A DNA stretch of 64,000 nt from a virus (IMGVR_UViG_3300044719_000253:1-64000); one strand, 5' to 3'; shown: positions 1 to 9,788, counted from the first letter of the stretch. Translations and numbers: made by a program. The notes: generated from the sequence alone by a model not told the origin.

Positions 1-153
1 CTCTTTGATTTTGGTGCCGTAGTCACGTCGACATTCGGCAATGTAGTTCAGGCCTTCCAAACCACGTTCGCGAATCACGTTATGCATTTGCGCAGCGTTG
101 TCGAACCACGGCTGGGGTGGAATGTAAAAAAGATTGACGTGTTCTGCTTTCAT
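1..153 (-). CDS. hypothetical protein, partial (runs off left edge)
   Basis: ATG at 153 preceded by the AAGGATATC RBS motif and ATAACCAATAA leader; frame open to window edge. Confidence 0.7.
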   Translation of the reverse strand, partial: MKAEHVNLFYIPPQPWFDNAAQMHNVIRERGLEGLNYIAECRRDYGTKIKE

Positions 154-178
154 GGGTGATATCCTTCGTTATTATTGG

Positions 179-451
179 TTATTTCGATTGGTCCGAATGA
201 ATGAACTCGACATGTAGCTGATGCGCTACCCAGTCCCAGTAACCCAGCAGCAGATTATTGTCCCGGAAGAGTTCTTCACGCCATGCGTCACGGGTGTGCT
301 TCGGGTGTTCGCCGTTCCCGGTCGGGCTGTAACGTGCTGCCAATTGATCAGCGTTCAGCCTGTGGTCTGGGGTTTGTTCTTCCACGAGGATTTTACTTAC
401 CGCGTTGGTGAGACGTTGGATCTTGGTGAGTTTTTCTTGGTTAGTTGTCAT
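179..451 (-). CDS. hypothetical protein
   Basis: ORF with AAGGATATCATC-ATG RBS. Confidence 0.75.
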   Translation of the reverse strand: MTTNQEKLTKIQRLTNAVSKILVEEQTPDHRLNADQLAARYSPTGNGEHPKHTRDAWREELFRDNNLLLGYWDWVAHQLHVEFIHSDQSK

Positions 452-472
452 GATGATATCCTTAATTGTTAG

Positions 473-850
473 TTAGCCAATCGGGTAAATGTCACAGTAC
501 CCGAACACTGTTTGGCGATACGTGGGTTTGCCGCCTGTGAGCTTGGCGACCCGCCGGGCTTCCTGGTAATGCTCTTCCGTGGTATAGAGCACAATCCAGG
601 CGGCAGCCCATTGTTTCAGTCCTTCGACTTTGAGGCGCACATCTCCTTCCTGCTGAGGTTTGGTGCGGTGCCGAAACTTGATCAAGCCCAGCTCATTCTC
701 AGTGAAGGGTCGATCCGGACACTGGGATTGCATATACTCGCGCAGGGCGGCGAGAGTGGCCGGAATCGAACGGGTGGATTGAAACGAGGAATGCAGGTTG
801 CCGGTTTCCCGACGAATACGCATCATCGGGGCTTTACGTACAGTTACCAC
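473..850 (-). CDS. hypothetical protein
   Basis: ORF with AGGA SD, in tandem minus-strand array. Confidence 0.7.
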   Translation of the reverse strand: MVTVRKAPMMRIRRETGNLHSSFQSTRSIPATLAALREYMQSQCPDRPFTENELGLIKFRHRTKPQQEGDVRLKVEGLKQWAAAWIVLYTTEEHYQEARRVAKLTGGKPTYRQTVFGYCDIYPIG

Positions 851-864
851 TGATACATCCTTTC

Positions 865-2256
865 CTAAATGTTGATTTGCTGGAAGATTTGCTGGAACGC
901 TTCCGCAGGCTGTTCTACTGCTGCGCGATCTGCACCGATCACGGGCGCAAACAACGCGTTGGCGAATGTGGGTGAAGCATACGGTTCTGGTTCCTGACCA
1001 TCGATCCCCAACGTGAACAGACTACTGGCAAACAAATCGAAGGACCCTTCCAAATGGAAGGGGGTGTGATAGAGCGCGGTGATGTTATCGACCACACGCG
1101 TCTTCAGATCACGCTTGAATATCGCCAGTGTTTCCGTGCCGATACTGCCGGCGATGCCCACCGCACCGGTGATCGTGTCGGCCCCAGCATCGTCGATCGT
1201 CAACTGAACTTGACGGATACCATGCATGGCCATCGTGGCTGGTACGCTATGCGTCAGATGGTTTGCAACGCGAGTTCGCGGGCCCTTATGCTGCCACCCC
1301 ATGTAGTCAGTCTCCGAGTCCGGCACAGGCGCCGGGGCGAACTTCACGTTCTGGCATCCGACTGGATCGAGGCGACTGAGGGCGCCATAAGGAAAACCAC
1401 CCGCTGCCGTCCCGTCGACCACGTTAGCAATCCCCATCATGAAAGCATGCGCCATGTGGTGCTTGTCACGCGTGAAACGCACGGATTGCATCGCACGACG
1501 TCTCACGCTATTCCCCATCATTTCCATCTCGGCTTGCACGTGCCGGGAATACCACGTAAACATCTTTTCTGCCCATACCGTTGGATCGATTTGGGTGTAC
1601 TGCGAGAAACATGGCGTGACTGAACGCATGGTGCGTGTATCTGTAAAAGTCAAACTGCCCGACTTCAATATCGGATCATTCAAGATCTCGATCCTGGAAA
1701 AGACATCCGATGGGCGCAATAACTGCTTATTGTCCCCGTCTACGGAAAGAAAGTACGGATCGAATAACACTTGGTTTCCTTCGACTCGGATTTGGTCGCC
1801 ATAGTGCTGGGCATCGAACACGGAATTGATAAACAAGGTCGTGTTCGGGTCGATCGATTGACAATCCTTGGGGATAGGGCGATCGGTGTAGCCGGCGACA
1901 TACGACTTAGTGGGTGGCCAGCCCGGATGAGTAATTTCCAATTCGATTACAAAGCTCGATACATCGGCCCACCACCCCAATCCATTTTCTGCCGGGAACT
2001 TCACCGGTACCTCTTCGTGAAGATCAAAATCGTGGGACACCATCCCGATGGCAAGAGGCGGCGTGTCGTTCGTGGGACTTGGAGACACCGAATAGTTTTG
2101 CTCGGCGGACTGATATTTTGCCAACTCGGCGGCTTTGTGCATCACTGTTTCGTCGACCTCGACGACGAAAGGGTGCAAGTATTGCTTTGCGTGTTTCCCG
2201 GCCGGATAAAAATTGATCCCGCAGATACTGATTTTGTCTTGCGAACTACGACGCAT
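865..2256 (-). CDS. phiKZ gp68-like non-virion RNA polymerase specificity subunit homolog (probable divergent paralog)
   Basis: Motif order QYLHPF ... NGLGWW..SSFVIELE ... YVAGYTD ... IDPNTTLFINS matches my recollection of the gp68-family N-terminus (QY.RPY, NGW..R..F..EVE, YI.GYTD, IDP.M.FYINS); not database-verified. Confidence 0.6.
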   Translation of the reverse strand: MRRSSQDKISICGINFYPAGKHAKQYLHPFVVEVDETVMHKAAELAKYQSAEQNYSVSPSPTNDTPPLAIGMVSHDFDLHEEVPVKFPAENGLGWWADVSSFVIELEITHPGWPPTKSYVAGYTDRPIPKDCQSIDPNTTLFINSVFDAQHYGDQIRVEGNQVLFDPYFLSVDGDNKQLLRPSDVFSRIEILNDPILKSGSLTFTDTRTMRSVTPCFSQYTQIDPTVWAEKMFTWYSRHVQAEMEMMGNSVRRRAMQSVRFTRDKHHMAHAFMMGIANVVDGTAAGGFPYGALSRLDPVGCQNVKFAPAPVPDSETDYMGWQHKGPRTRVANHLTHSVPATMAMHGIRQVQLTIDDAGADTITGAVGIAGSIGTETLAIFKRDLKTRVVDNITALYHTPFHLEGSFDLFASSLFTLGIDGQEPEPYASPTFANALFAPVIGADRAAVEQPAEAFQQIFQQINI

Positions 2257-2290
2257 GATGATATCCTTTCTTGTTGGTTATGTTGCTAGG

Positions 2291-2659
2291 TTACGGGTGA
2301 TATGCGATTTGATACAGGGTCTTACCCGCATCTTGTCCATAATGCGAATGAATCACAGTCCGCATCTCTTCCAACGAATACAACTTACCCGCCATCGCAC
2401 ATTCGAATGGCTCCGGGTTTTTCGTGTAGATGGGTAGCTCGCGGTAGAACCGATGGTCGAGATAATTACCGTGTCGATCACAGTGCGCGACATAAGCGGC
2501 GCGTACCAAACTGTTTTCAAACAACGCGTCGGATTCTTCATCCCGCCAAGAGCCATTCGATCCGAACCAGTCGCACCATTTAGGGATGTCATAACCCATG
2601 AGTTTTTCATGCGCACGTTTCAAAGCTTCTTCGCGCTTTTGTTGTTTAGACTTAGCCAT
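2291..2659 (-). CDS. hypothetical protein
   Basis: ORF with SD. Confidence 0.7.
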   Translation of the reverse strand: MAKSKQQKREEALKRAHEKLMGYDIPKWCDWFGSNGSWRDEESDALFENSLVRAAYVAHCDRHGNYLDHRFYRELPIYTKNPEPFECAMAGKLYSLEEMRTVIHSHYGQDAGKTLYQIAYHP

Positions 2660-2667
2660 GACACCCC

Positions 2668-2973
2668 TTAATGGGTAAGTTCTCGTTCGCGCTCTTGGGC
2701 TTTCGGCGATTCAGGATCATCGTCGAGGACGAGCAACCAGTCTTCTGGACAGTGGCACTGAGTCATGTCCGGCAGGATCCCGTCGTTAGGGGTACGATCG
2801 AAAGGCACTCCGTCGACGTCTTCCACCACCCAGACTTCACCCCACAGTGTGTGCGGGGCACCCGTTTGAATATACCGCGCCGTCACGATACGGCCAACAG
2901 ATTTCCCATTGGGCCCATTTGCGGAACCGATGATGCGACAGCGGGCGCCAGGATATACTTCTTTCTTTGCCAT
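2668..2973 (-). CDS. hypothetical protein (possible SH3-like beta fold)
   Basis: PGARCRIIG..VGRIVT pattern; abuts neighbouring ORF. Confidence 0.65.
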   Translation of the reverse strand: MAKKEVYPGARCRIIGSANGPNGKSVGRIVTARYIQTGAPHTLWGEVWVVEDVDGVPFDRTPNDGILPDMTQCHCPEDWLLVLDDDPESPKAQERERELTH

Positions 2974-3224
2974 TACTGTTTCTCCATTGCTTTAATTTGC
3001 GAGATACGCGCTTCAGACAAACTGTATTTGCGCGCCACATCTTTACCCGAAACCCCATGAGTGAGTTCATACTGCACCATGCTGTTTCTGAGATTGGTAA
3101 TCTGGTTGGCCATGTCGTTCAGCATCTGAGCTTCGCCATTGGTGAGCAGATAACCGGAGGCAATCTCCTTTTGCACAGCGTCGATTTTGAGCTGAGCTTC
3201 TGTCAAGGCTTTATGAAGATCCAT
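2973..3224 (-). CDS. small coiled-coil protein with C-terminal HTH-like segment
   Basis: SGKDVARKYSLSEARISQI is HTH-like. Confidence 0.6.
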   Translation of the reverse strand: MDLHKALTEAQLKIDAVQKEIASGYLLTNGEAQMLNDMANQITNLRNSMVQYELTHGVSGKDVARKYSLSEARISQIKAMEKQ

Positions 3225-3234
3225 GTCGGAACTC

Positions 3235-3429
3235 CTATCGAATCATTGCTTGGGTGTAAACGATAACCTGTTGCGGGGGGAGATGACGATCCCGCGGATC
3301 CAGGCATTCTTTAACGCAGGTCGCGACACCACCCCACAATTCCCAGCCACCGTTCACAGCTGTCAGCACTTCGTTACGAAAATCTTCTGGATCATCCGCT
3401 TCGACAATCTTGTAATCATTCGGTCGCAT
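3235..3429 (-). CDS. DUF1737-like small protein
   Basis: YKIV...V...GWELWGG...YTQAM pattern. Confidence 0.6.
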   Translation of the reverse strand: MRPNDYKIVEADDPEDFRNEVLTAVNGGWELWGGVATCVKECLDPRDRHLPPQQVIVYTQAMIR

Positions 3430-3432
3430 TGT

Positions 3433-4173
3433 TTATCCTTCCGTTTTCTTGACCAGTTTCTTCAGCAAGCCACTGGGTTTGATATCCTTGATATACTGCG
3501 GGCCATTGCGATCACCATGCTTAACCGGGCCATTCGCTTTCAGGACCCGGATCTCGATGGGGTCAACTTTGTTTTTCTTCTTACGCCGTTCTGCACGATT
3601 AACGAACGGGTCGTAGTGAAACGGCACTATGTGAAATTTTGACGAAGTGTCCTGAAACGTACTGGTCAGCATTGCCAGCAACATGGACGTCTTGCCGCTA
3701 ATATTCGAATGACGCCCATGGATGTCGCCCAAAAGCAGTGGCTTAACTGCCGGTACGTCAACCACGAATTTCTTGACTTCCTTCGAAGAATCGCTAATGC
3801 TGCACCCCACCACAGCTGGGGTTGGGGTAACCAACAGCGAAGTTGGGTCCGTGTGGTTCGGTGGGATACCGAGGTATTCCAGCATGAACCGGTAATCATC
3901 CGATGCCGTCTCACCTTGTGTCTGGGCCCGTGCAATAGCGTCTTTGATATGTTGCACGTTCGGCGCTTGACTATAATGGCCAGAGGTCAAGGTATTGAAC
4001 CTGGCTTCACGGCACAGCGGGCAGCGCTTTTCTTCCCCAGGCATATGTCCGGATATACAAGCGTTGCGAATCTTGCGGGAGGTCGCGATATCGGCTTCGA
4101 CATCAATAGCGACCCCGCCACCCCCGAGGGGTTGGATCGAAATCCCTTTTGTTTCCAATGTCATGATATCCAT
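3433..4173 (-). CDS. hypothetical protein
   Basis: ORF with leader motif and SD. Confidence 0.7.
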   Translation of the reverse strand: MDIMTLETKGISIQPLGGGGVAIDVEADIATSRKIRNACISGHMPGEEKRCPLCREARFNTLTSGHYSQAPNVQHIKDAIARAQTQGETASDDYRFMLEYLGIPPNHTDPTSLLVTPTPAVVGCSISDSSKEVKKFVVDVPAVKPLLLGDIHGRHSNISGKTSMLLAMLTSTFQDTSSKFHIVPFHYDPFVNRAERRKKKNKVDPIEIRVLKANGPVKHGDRNGPQYIKDIKPSGLLKKLVKKTEG

Positions 4174-4200
4174 CTCTGTTGTTGGTTATGAAAAAACAAA

Positions 4201-4392
4201 TTAGACGGACGAGCACCACGGATTGAGTCCAAGTACGTCGATCAGTTCCGGGTACAACCGATTCGGCTCCCACTGTATCTTAGGAATCTCTTTTGGAGCG
4301 TATTCTGTTTTCGGAATATCTACCTCGATAACGATCTGTTTCGGTTGTTGCTGGAGGTAATTCCCGTACATCTGTTTACGTGACCCGCACAT
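4201..4392 (-). CDS. hypothetical protein
   Basis: Start moved to ATG 4392 (AGGAG SD) to avoid overlap. Confidence 0.55.
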   Translation of the reverse strand: MCGSRKQMYGNYLQQQPKQIVIEVDIPKTEYAPKEIPKIQWEPNRLYPELIDVLGLNPWCSSV

Positions 4393-4426
4393 GGCTATTT
4401 CTCCTTTGCAATATGTTGAGATGGTA

Positions 4427-5014
4427 TTATGGATACTGCGCGATCTCGGCGACCGCTTGGTCGAACTCGCACATGAAGTCGTTGATGACTTGAGTGTTGC
4501 CGGTTTGCGCGCCCAGCAACACCACGTTGTAAAAGTCGGTATCGCCGTCATGCAGTTCTTCCACTCCGCCTTCCGTCGAGATCGGCCACACCCGCACGGT
4601 GTGCGTCAGGCGCAGGTTAGTGGGCAGTGACAATGGATTGGCGAACAGAAACTTGGCGACTTCGGCATGGTCTTTCCCCAGCTGTGCCACCAGTTCTTTA
4701 TAGACCAGGTGACGCCGGGTATAGCTGTCGATCAGGCGCTTTTGCAGGTTCAAATACAGCTGACTCAGAATCGCGAAGCCTTCTTCGGTGGCAGCGAAGA
4801 TGATGTAGAAATCCGACCGTTTGGTGCGTTTGGTTTCTACCTCGCGCACCACATGGCCTGTGCAACTATAGACCGGAGCGACATGTGGCAACCGGTTGAG
4901 GAGCGGCATGCTCACTTTGAACTTCTCATCGATACCCGGAAAGCCGTCTTGTTCCCAGTCGAGGGCACGTTGCTTGAGGGTCTCGACTTGTTCTGCGGTG
5001 GAGAATACGGTCAT
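4427..5014 (-). CDS. hypothetical protein with TYW3/Taw3-like N-terminal motif
   Basis: IDE.....LLN.LP.V....SCTGH resembles the D..I..L...LN...T..SCxGH motif; function unproven. Confidence 0.45.
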   Translation of the reverse strand: MTVFSTAEQVETLKQRALDWEQDGFPGIDEKFKVSMPLLNRLPHVAPVYSCTGHVVREVETKRTKRSDFYIIFAATEEGFAILSQLYLNLQKRLIDSYTRRHLVYKELVAQLGKDHAEVAKFLFANPLSLPTNLRLTHTVRVWPISTEGGVEELHDGDTDFYNVVLLGAQTGNTQVINDFMCEFDQAVAEIAQYP

Positions 5015-5026
5015 CGAAGATTCTTT

Positions 5027-5443
5027 CTATGGTTGAAATGGGTTGCGGTGAATGCGACGCACAGTGGTCTTGCCACGCACCATGAATTCGTAAATCGCCT
5101 GGGCGGCCCGATAGTGTTCGTCATGATACAATTCAATAACGGGCGCGTTTTCCAATGGTATCTGACCGCGTTTTTCATCGTACTGGGTGTTAGATTCCGT
5201 GCCTAACACGACATCGATTCCGTCGGTCACCGAGTTTTGCTTCACCCAAGCGTATCGGCGGAAAATATGGCCGTCCCTCACCCGGAAGCGATAAGCGGAA
5301 TCGCCACCCAGCGTGGCCGCTTCAGCGACAATCTCGATATTGCCGTGGGTGTCATCTGCTTCCTGATAACCTGGCGAGGAGAGCAGGATATTGAAAACAC
5401 ATTCACCCAGCAGAAGACCGTGGTCTTTATAGAAATTAAACAC
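5027..5443 (-). CDS. hypothetical protein
   Basis: ORF with AGGAG SD. Confidence 0.7.
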   Translation of the reverse strand: MFNFYKDHGLLLGECVFNILLSSPGYQEADDTHGNIEIVAEAATLGGDSAYRFRVRDGHIFRRYAWVKQNSVTDGIDVVLGTESNTQYDEKRGQIPLENAPVIELYHDEHYRAAQAIYEFMVRGKTTVRRIHRNPFQP

Positions 5444-5452
5444 AATAGCTCC

Positions 5453-6040
5453 TTATTGGTTATCCGGTTGCGGTGGCGGAAGTTCTTTGACTTCGCGGAG
5501 GTCTTGGTCGATGTCATTTTCATCGAGGATTGAACGAATGACATTGCGGAATGTGAATCTGGCTGGCCGGTTATGATCCCGTTCGCTAAGTGCATTTTCT
5601 GCGTCCAGCACATCCAGCCGGTTTTGATTAAAATCGTAGTTGACCTGAAACGATTCAGACTGACCGCGCCGAGACTTGCTGCGTTGTATTGTCAGACATT
5701 TGACACCGTCAACGGATTCCACACTGTGACTGGACGAGTAGCCGCCGATGACAAAATCAGTGGCGGGTGACTTAGCGGCTGCCTTGGGGGTAACGAAGAC
5801 GATGTCATTTCTCGGTTTAAAGCTTCTCAGGGCAGCCAGGATTTCGGGGATGGCGGGTTGATGGATGGGGATACGATCCAGATAACGATCCAGCACAGCG
5901 ATCGGGGTACGGAGCGTTGCTTTGATCTCTTGTTCCGACAAGTGTTTCCGGGTGATTTGTTCCTGATGAACCGGCACCGGGTACGGAGCATCGAACGGTT
6001 TGTACAGACATACTTCACGAATGGCGTCTTGCAGGTTCAT
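5453..6040 (-). CDS. hypothetical protein
   Basis: Start at ATG 6040 overlapping upstream stop. Confidence 0.65.
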   Translation of the reverse strand: MNLQDAIREVCLYKPFDAPYPVPVHQEQITRKHLSEQEIKATLRTPIAVLDRYLDRIPIHQPAIPEILAALRSFKPRNDIVFVTPKAAAKSPATDFVIGGYSSSHSVESVDGVKCLTIQRSKSRRGQSESFQVNYDFNQNRLDVLDAENALSERDHNRPARFTFRNVIRSILDENDIDQDLREVKELPPPQPDNQ

Positions 6041-6564
6041 AATGCTTTTCCTTCCGACATGGCGCGATCCATTTCCAGGATTCGTTGTTGAGCCTGATCT
6101 AACCGGGCTTTCTTGACTAAGCCGGTGAGGTGGCGATACTGCTCGATGTAACTGACCGGCCACGATACGTTAGTAAATGGCCCCAGCGCGTGGATGGTTT
6201 TGGCCACCGATTCTGCTCGGCTCAAGGATTGGTCTGTCGCGGTGTCAACTTCCACGACATCGCTACCGGGGTGTTGCACGATGTAAGTCCGCCGTTCAGT
6301 CAACAGTTCCATCAATTCCTCACGCGTGGCGCAGTACACCCCGAGGATCTTGGCCACTGCGCACAGAAACACCACCTCATTCAGGTTGTAATTCTTGTGC
6401 GTGTTGGCCGGATCGAACACCGTGGAAACACGTCCATGGTCGATATCCATCAGAAAGTTTTCTTTCACCACCGCCAACACTACGGCTTTGGCATCCTGCG
6501 GTTTGGTCGGGGTGTAATGAAAGTTAGGCAAACCACCGAAGGTGACTTTGATATTGGATTTCAT
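6037..6564 (-). CDS. hypothetical protein
   Basis: Start at ATG 6564 with AAGGA SD. Confidence 0.65.
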   Translation of the reverse strand: MKSNIKVTFGGLPNFHYTPTKPQDAKAVVLAVVKENFLMDIDHGRVSTVFDPANTHKNYNLNEVVFLCAVAKILGVYCATREELMELLTERRTYIVQHPGSDVVEVDTATDQSLSRAESVAKTIHALGPFTNVSWPVSYIEQYRHLTGLVKKARLDQAQQRILEMDRAMSEGKAL

Positions 6565-6574
6565 GAAGGTTCCT

Positions 6575-6778
6575 TTAGCAAGCGCCGAGGGCCGGGAACT
6601 CACCGGAGTCCGAGTCTTTGAAGACGCGGATGGCGGGGTGTGGTTCGAGCTCGAACATCAGCTTGTCGACCGGATGGGTTTTCAGATGTTGCAGTTGTGC
6701 ATCTGTCAGCACGTAGACGTCTTGCATCGGGGCAGGCATCTCAGCAAACAGCACTTCGGGGCAGTAATCGTTAAACAT
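6575..6778 (-). CDS. hypothetical protein
   Basis: AAGGA SD and AACTAACAA leader. Confidence 0.65.
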   Translation of the reverse strand: MFNDYCPEVLFAEMPAPMQDVYVLTDAQLQHLKTHPVDKLMFELEPHPAIRVFKDSDSGEFPALGAC

Positions 6779-6847
6779 GTTGCTTTCCTTTAATTGTTAG
6801 TTATGAGTTTTAGCCATAGCTTAAATGGCTTGGGTGATTTTCTATTA

Positions 6848-6885
6848 ACGGCATAACCTCCCCTACCCGATGGGTAGGGGAGGGG
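6848..6885 (-). terminator. GC hairpin followed by TTATGCCGT
   Basis: ctcccctaccc / gggtaggg inverted repeat adjacent to acggcata on + strand. Confidence 0.7.
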
Positions 6886-6887
6886 AT

Positions 6888-7229
6888 TCATGCAGCGCGC
6901 AACTGGTGTGGCGGATAGATGACTTCTTTACGTTGTCCGTGGTGGTTTTCCGGGGACTTCCATTTCTGGAGCAATCCGCGGATGATGAAATTGCTGCCCA
7001 CCAACATCGACATGATCTTTTTGGATGGATTGGGATCTTTGCGCAGTTCCGCCAAGAACTTCATCTTGGCCAAATGGTCGAGCGACATCTCCAGCGCCAC
7101 GATATCGTCCTGCGTCCACACGGGTGGATGTACTACCGCAGTAAACTGACGCGGCTCCACCAGCGTATGCTCGGTCGTTTTGCAGTCAACCCACACGAAC
7201 ATGGTCACTTCATAACCTGGCACGCACAT
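6888..7229 (-). CDS. hypothetical protein
   Basis: ORF between hairpin and upstream gene. Confidence 0.6.
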   Translation of the reverse strand: MCVPGYEVTMFVWVDCKTTEHTLVEPRQFTAVVHPPVWTQDDIVALEMSLDHLAKMKFLAELRKDPNPSKKIMSMLVGSNFIIRGLLQKWKSPENHHGQRKEVIYPPHQLRAA

Positions 7230-7522
7230 TACGCAGTCTCCAATTCTTTGTTAGTTTTGAACATTGCCATAATTTTTTGTTCGCCCTTAGGAGAGTCTTT
7301 GGGTCGTAAGTCACCCGCTAGTGCAATAATACGGTTACCGGGATCATGCGGATAATTTGGATCATAGGTATCGGTGAGCCATCCCGTAAATCGCTTGCCA
7401 TCAAGTTTGTGAATGAAATCCCATGGCCCAGCCAGCACCGTGGTTTCTTGATCATTCAAGAACGCATCTTCCCCCACTTGGTTCTGCCAAATGTACACCT
7501 TACCAACTTCATACACGATCAT
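7229..7522 (-). CDS. hypothetical protein
   Basis: Start moved to ATG 7522 with AAGGAAGG SD. Confidence 0.6.
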   Translation of the reverse strand: MIVYEVGKVYIWQNQVGEDAFLNDQETTVLAGPWDFIHKLDGKRFTGWLTDTYDPNYPHDPGNRIIALAGDLRPKDSPKGEQKIMAMFKTNKELETA

Positions 7523-7994
7523 TCCCTTCCTTGGCTTGGACGGCTTGAAATTCCGTGGCCAGTTCGCTGAGCGCTTTTTGGCGTTCATAGTAGAGATCAC
7601 TGGCTTTCTTATTTTCTGCCACCAGATGGTCGAGCCACCAGGAGGCTTTGTTATAGGCGTCACGCACTTCTTCAGTGCGCATGTTGCGCAGCAACCGATC
7701 GATGAGTTCCAACCCATTTTGCACGAACAGATGTTCTGATGGGCGCATGCCAAACCCATCGATGCCGATACAGTGCGTACGCACCATGATGAGATGCAAC
7801 GACGCGATGGCGTTGTTCAACGTTTGCCCAATCCCGTCATCCGGTTTGAAGTAATCGTTGTATGCCACCGAACCTGCATACATGCGGTGCATGAGCTTGT
7901 TCCAGTCATCGAAGTTGCCGACTTGACGGACGATGTTGTCCAAGCAATGACGCGCGAGATCGCTGGACTTTTTAATGAAGCTGTTGGGGTTCAT
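7509..7994 (-). CDS. hypothetical protein
   Basis: Helical ORF; likely start MNPNSF at 7994. Confidence 0.65.
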   Translation of the reverse strand: MNPNSFIKKSSDLARHCLDNIVRQVGNFDDWNKLMHRMYAGSVAYNDYFKPDDGIGQTLNNAIASLHLIMVRTHCIGIDGFGMRPSEHLFVQNGLELIDRLLRNMRTEEVRDAYNKASWWLDHLVAENKKASDLYYERQKALSELATEFQAVQAKEGNDRV

Positions 7995-8158
7995 AAAATC
8001 CCCGACCACAAGTGTCGGCCGAGGGAACGCTGCTGTCACCCGACTGGAAGTCAAGGTAGGGCGGGTCGCGGGAAAGGAAGATTTACGAGAGTTACGGGCC
8101 ATGGTTGTTGTTAGTTGTGAAATGATTAAAGAGGGTGATCCTAGTTAGGCTCAATGGA

Positions 8159-8177
8159 GTGATATAGTCACAAAATT
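8159..8177 (-). promoter_or_regulatory. putative early promoter (TTTT-N-CTATATCAC)
   Basis: gtgatatag on + strand in intergenic DNA directly downstream (in transcription sense) of a terminator-like hairpin; motif recurs at least 6 times. Confidence 0.6.
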
Positions 8178-8227
8178 ACCTAGGGCCATGCTCTGTCAAC
8201 ATGATAGAGGTTGCCATAAAAAAGAAT

Positions 8228-8266
8228 ACGGCATACCACCTCACTCAGCCATGCGGCTGAGTGAGG
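8228..8266 (-). terminator. hairpin plus TATGCCGT
   Basis: cctcactcagcc atgc ggctgagtgagg 12-bp stem. Confidence 0.75.
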
Positions 8267-8271
8267 GGTGA

Positions 8272-8637
8272 TTAGTGGTTGGTCTGGGGTGGTTGGTCGG
8301 TAACCGATTCGCTATCGCTGTCGATCAGCCACAGGCCGAGGTTGAGATTGGTCTTGAGCAGTTCAACGTCCGGTTTGCTGCCGTCAACGAAACGCAACTT
8401 TTGGCAGTACGCGTCTTCGATCGCGATGTCGCGGTTGCTATGGGTGTGTACGGTGACCTCACCCGACAGTTCCGGGTACGTGTCCACCGGCTGGTCAGTA
8501 TCCGCATTGAGGACTTTGGCGGTCCATTTGAGGGTGACCGGTTCGTCGTGAGTGGTGGGAGCTGTGCCGGCAACCACTTGACCTTTGATGTTAAGCCAAG
8601 TGCGATGGGGGTGGTGCAAAACGACGGGTTGATGCAT
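8272..8637 (-). CDS. hypothetical protein
   Basis: ORF with GAGG SD. Confidence 0.65.
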   Translation of the reverse strand: MHQPVVLHHPHRTWLNIKGQVVAGTAPTTHDEPVTLKWTAKVLNADTDQPVDTYPELSGEVTVHTHSNRDIAIEDAYCQKLRFVDGSKPDVELLKTNLNLGLWLIDSDSESVTDQPPQTNH

Positions 8638-8681
8638 GTTAACCTCACGGTAAGGGCTAAGTGGGGTACTTTACTTCGTAC

Positions 8682-9203
8682 TTAATAGGGGAGAACATCG
8701 GTGGGGCGGGGCGTCAAAGGCCAACCGCTGTAATACGGATCACGGATGTTGTTATAGGGGTGAAACACTCGACTCGGGCGCGGATCAACCGGTTCACCGC
8801 CCACAATCGCGGACACCGCGTCGGGGTAGTGGCGTAAATGGGTATAAGGAATTAACAACGGCACTAGCGGCATATGCCAGCCACCGAAGGTGTAACCCAG
8901 ATAACTGTCCGCGCCATACAACCCACTCTCTTTAAATAGCCGGTGCATCTGGCGAATGTAGTGAACGATGGCGGCGTAGATGCGTTGTTTGTTGTAAGGG
9001 GTCGGCAGGTACTTGCAGAATGTATTGACTTGAATCGACATCGCCTCGATTGCTTCGCTTTCGTTATCGGCGATATTGAGAAAATTGATGGTCAGGATAA
9101 AGATTTCTTTTTCGGTTAACAGACCCCCACCATCGCGGTAGTCGAGGTCACAATAGTCTTCTAAGACCCGCATGAAACCACCCAAGGGTTCATAGAGATC
9201 CAT
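8682..9203 (-). CDS. hypothetical protein (phiKZ-like Tyr-rich type)
   Basis: ORF; start uncertain (9203 or 9254). Confidence 0.65.
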   Translation of the reverse strand: MDLYEPLGGFMRVLEDYCDLDYRDGGGLLTEKEIFILTINFLNIADNESEAIEAMSIQVNTFCKYLPTPYNKQRIYAAIVHYIRQMHRLFKESGLYGADSYLGYTFGGWHMPLVPLLIPYTHLRHYPDAVSAIVGGEPVDPRPSRVFHPYNNIRDPYYSGWPLTPRPTDVLPY

Positions 9204-9222
9204 GAGAAACACCCGATGGGGG

Positions 9223-9654
9223 CTAGGGGCGGTGGGCTTCATACAGGGCACCATTCCAAGTCAACTGGGGGATGCTGATCAATACGACATCATCAAAATG
9301 TGGATCTGGATGGGGGCTATAGGTGTACATCAATAACCCCTCTCGGTTGTACAGATGTAAAGATTCGGCTTGGAAGTAAATCTCCAGCGCCAAGCGTTTG
9401 AGGGCGTTGACCAACTGGGCTTTGCAATTCACCCATACGCCAACATTAGTGTCAAAGTTCTTCACCATCGCCACGATGTGTTCCATTGCTTTGTCACGAT
9501 AACGGACGGCTTCGATCACCACATACAGGATCTCATGAAAGGCTTGGTCAACGTCAGGAGTTAAATTCGGTAACAGAAAACGAAATTGTGTCACCCAACC
9601 TTCGGTATTGATAATCAAGCGCCGATGCGGTTGGATGCATGACTTGCTTTGCAT
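9223..9654 (-). CDS. hypothetical protein
   Basis: AGGAGG SD. Confidence 0.7.
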   Translation of the reverse strand: MQSKSCIQPHRRLIINTEGWVTQFRFLLPNLTPDVDQAFHEILYVVIEAVRYRDKAMEHIVAMVKNFDTNVGVWVNCKAQLVNALKRLALEIYFQAESLHLYNREGLLMYTYSPHPDPHFDDVVLISIPQLTWNGALYEAHRP

Positions 9655-9762
9655 TAACGCCCTCCTTTCTCAAGGGATAGGATGTACAGATAAAAGGATA
9701 CCGTAAAGTTTCCTGTGAAGAATGTCATTTTGATATCATTGACTTTACGGGGGTTCCTTTTA

Positions 9763-9782
9763 GTGATATAGAACCAAAAAAA
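9763..9782 (-). promoter_or_regulatory. putative early promoter (CTATATCAC)
   Basis: gtgatatag followed by an A-run on + strand. Confidence 0.6.
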
Positions 9783-9788
9783 GATAAC

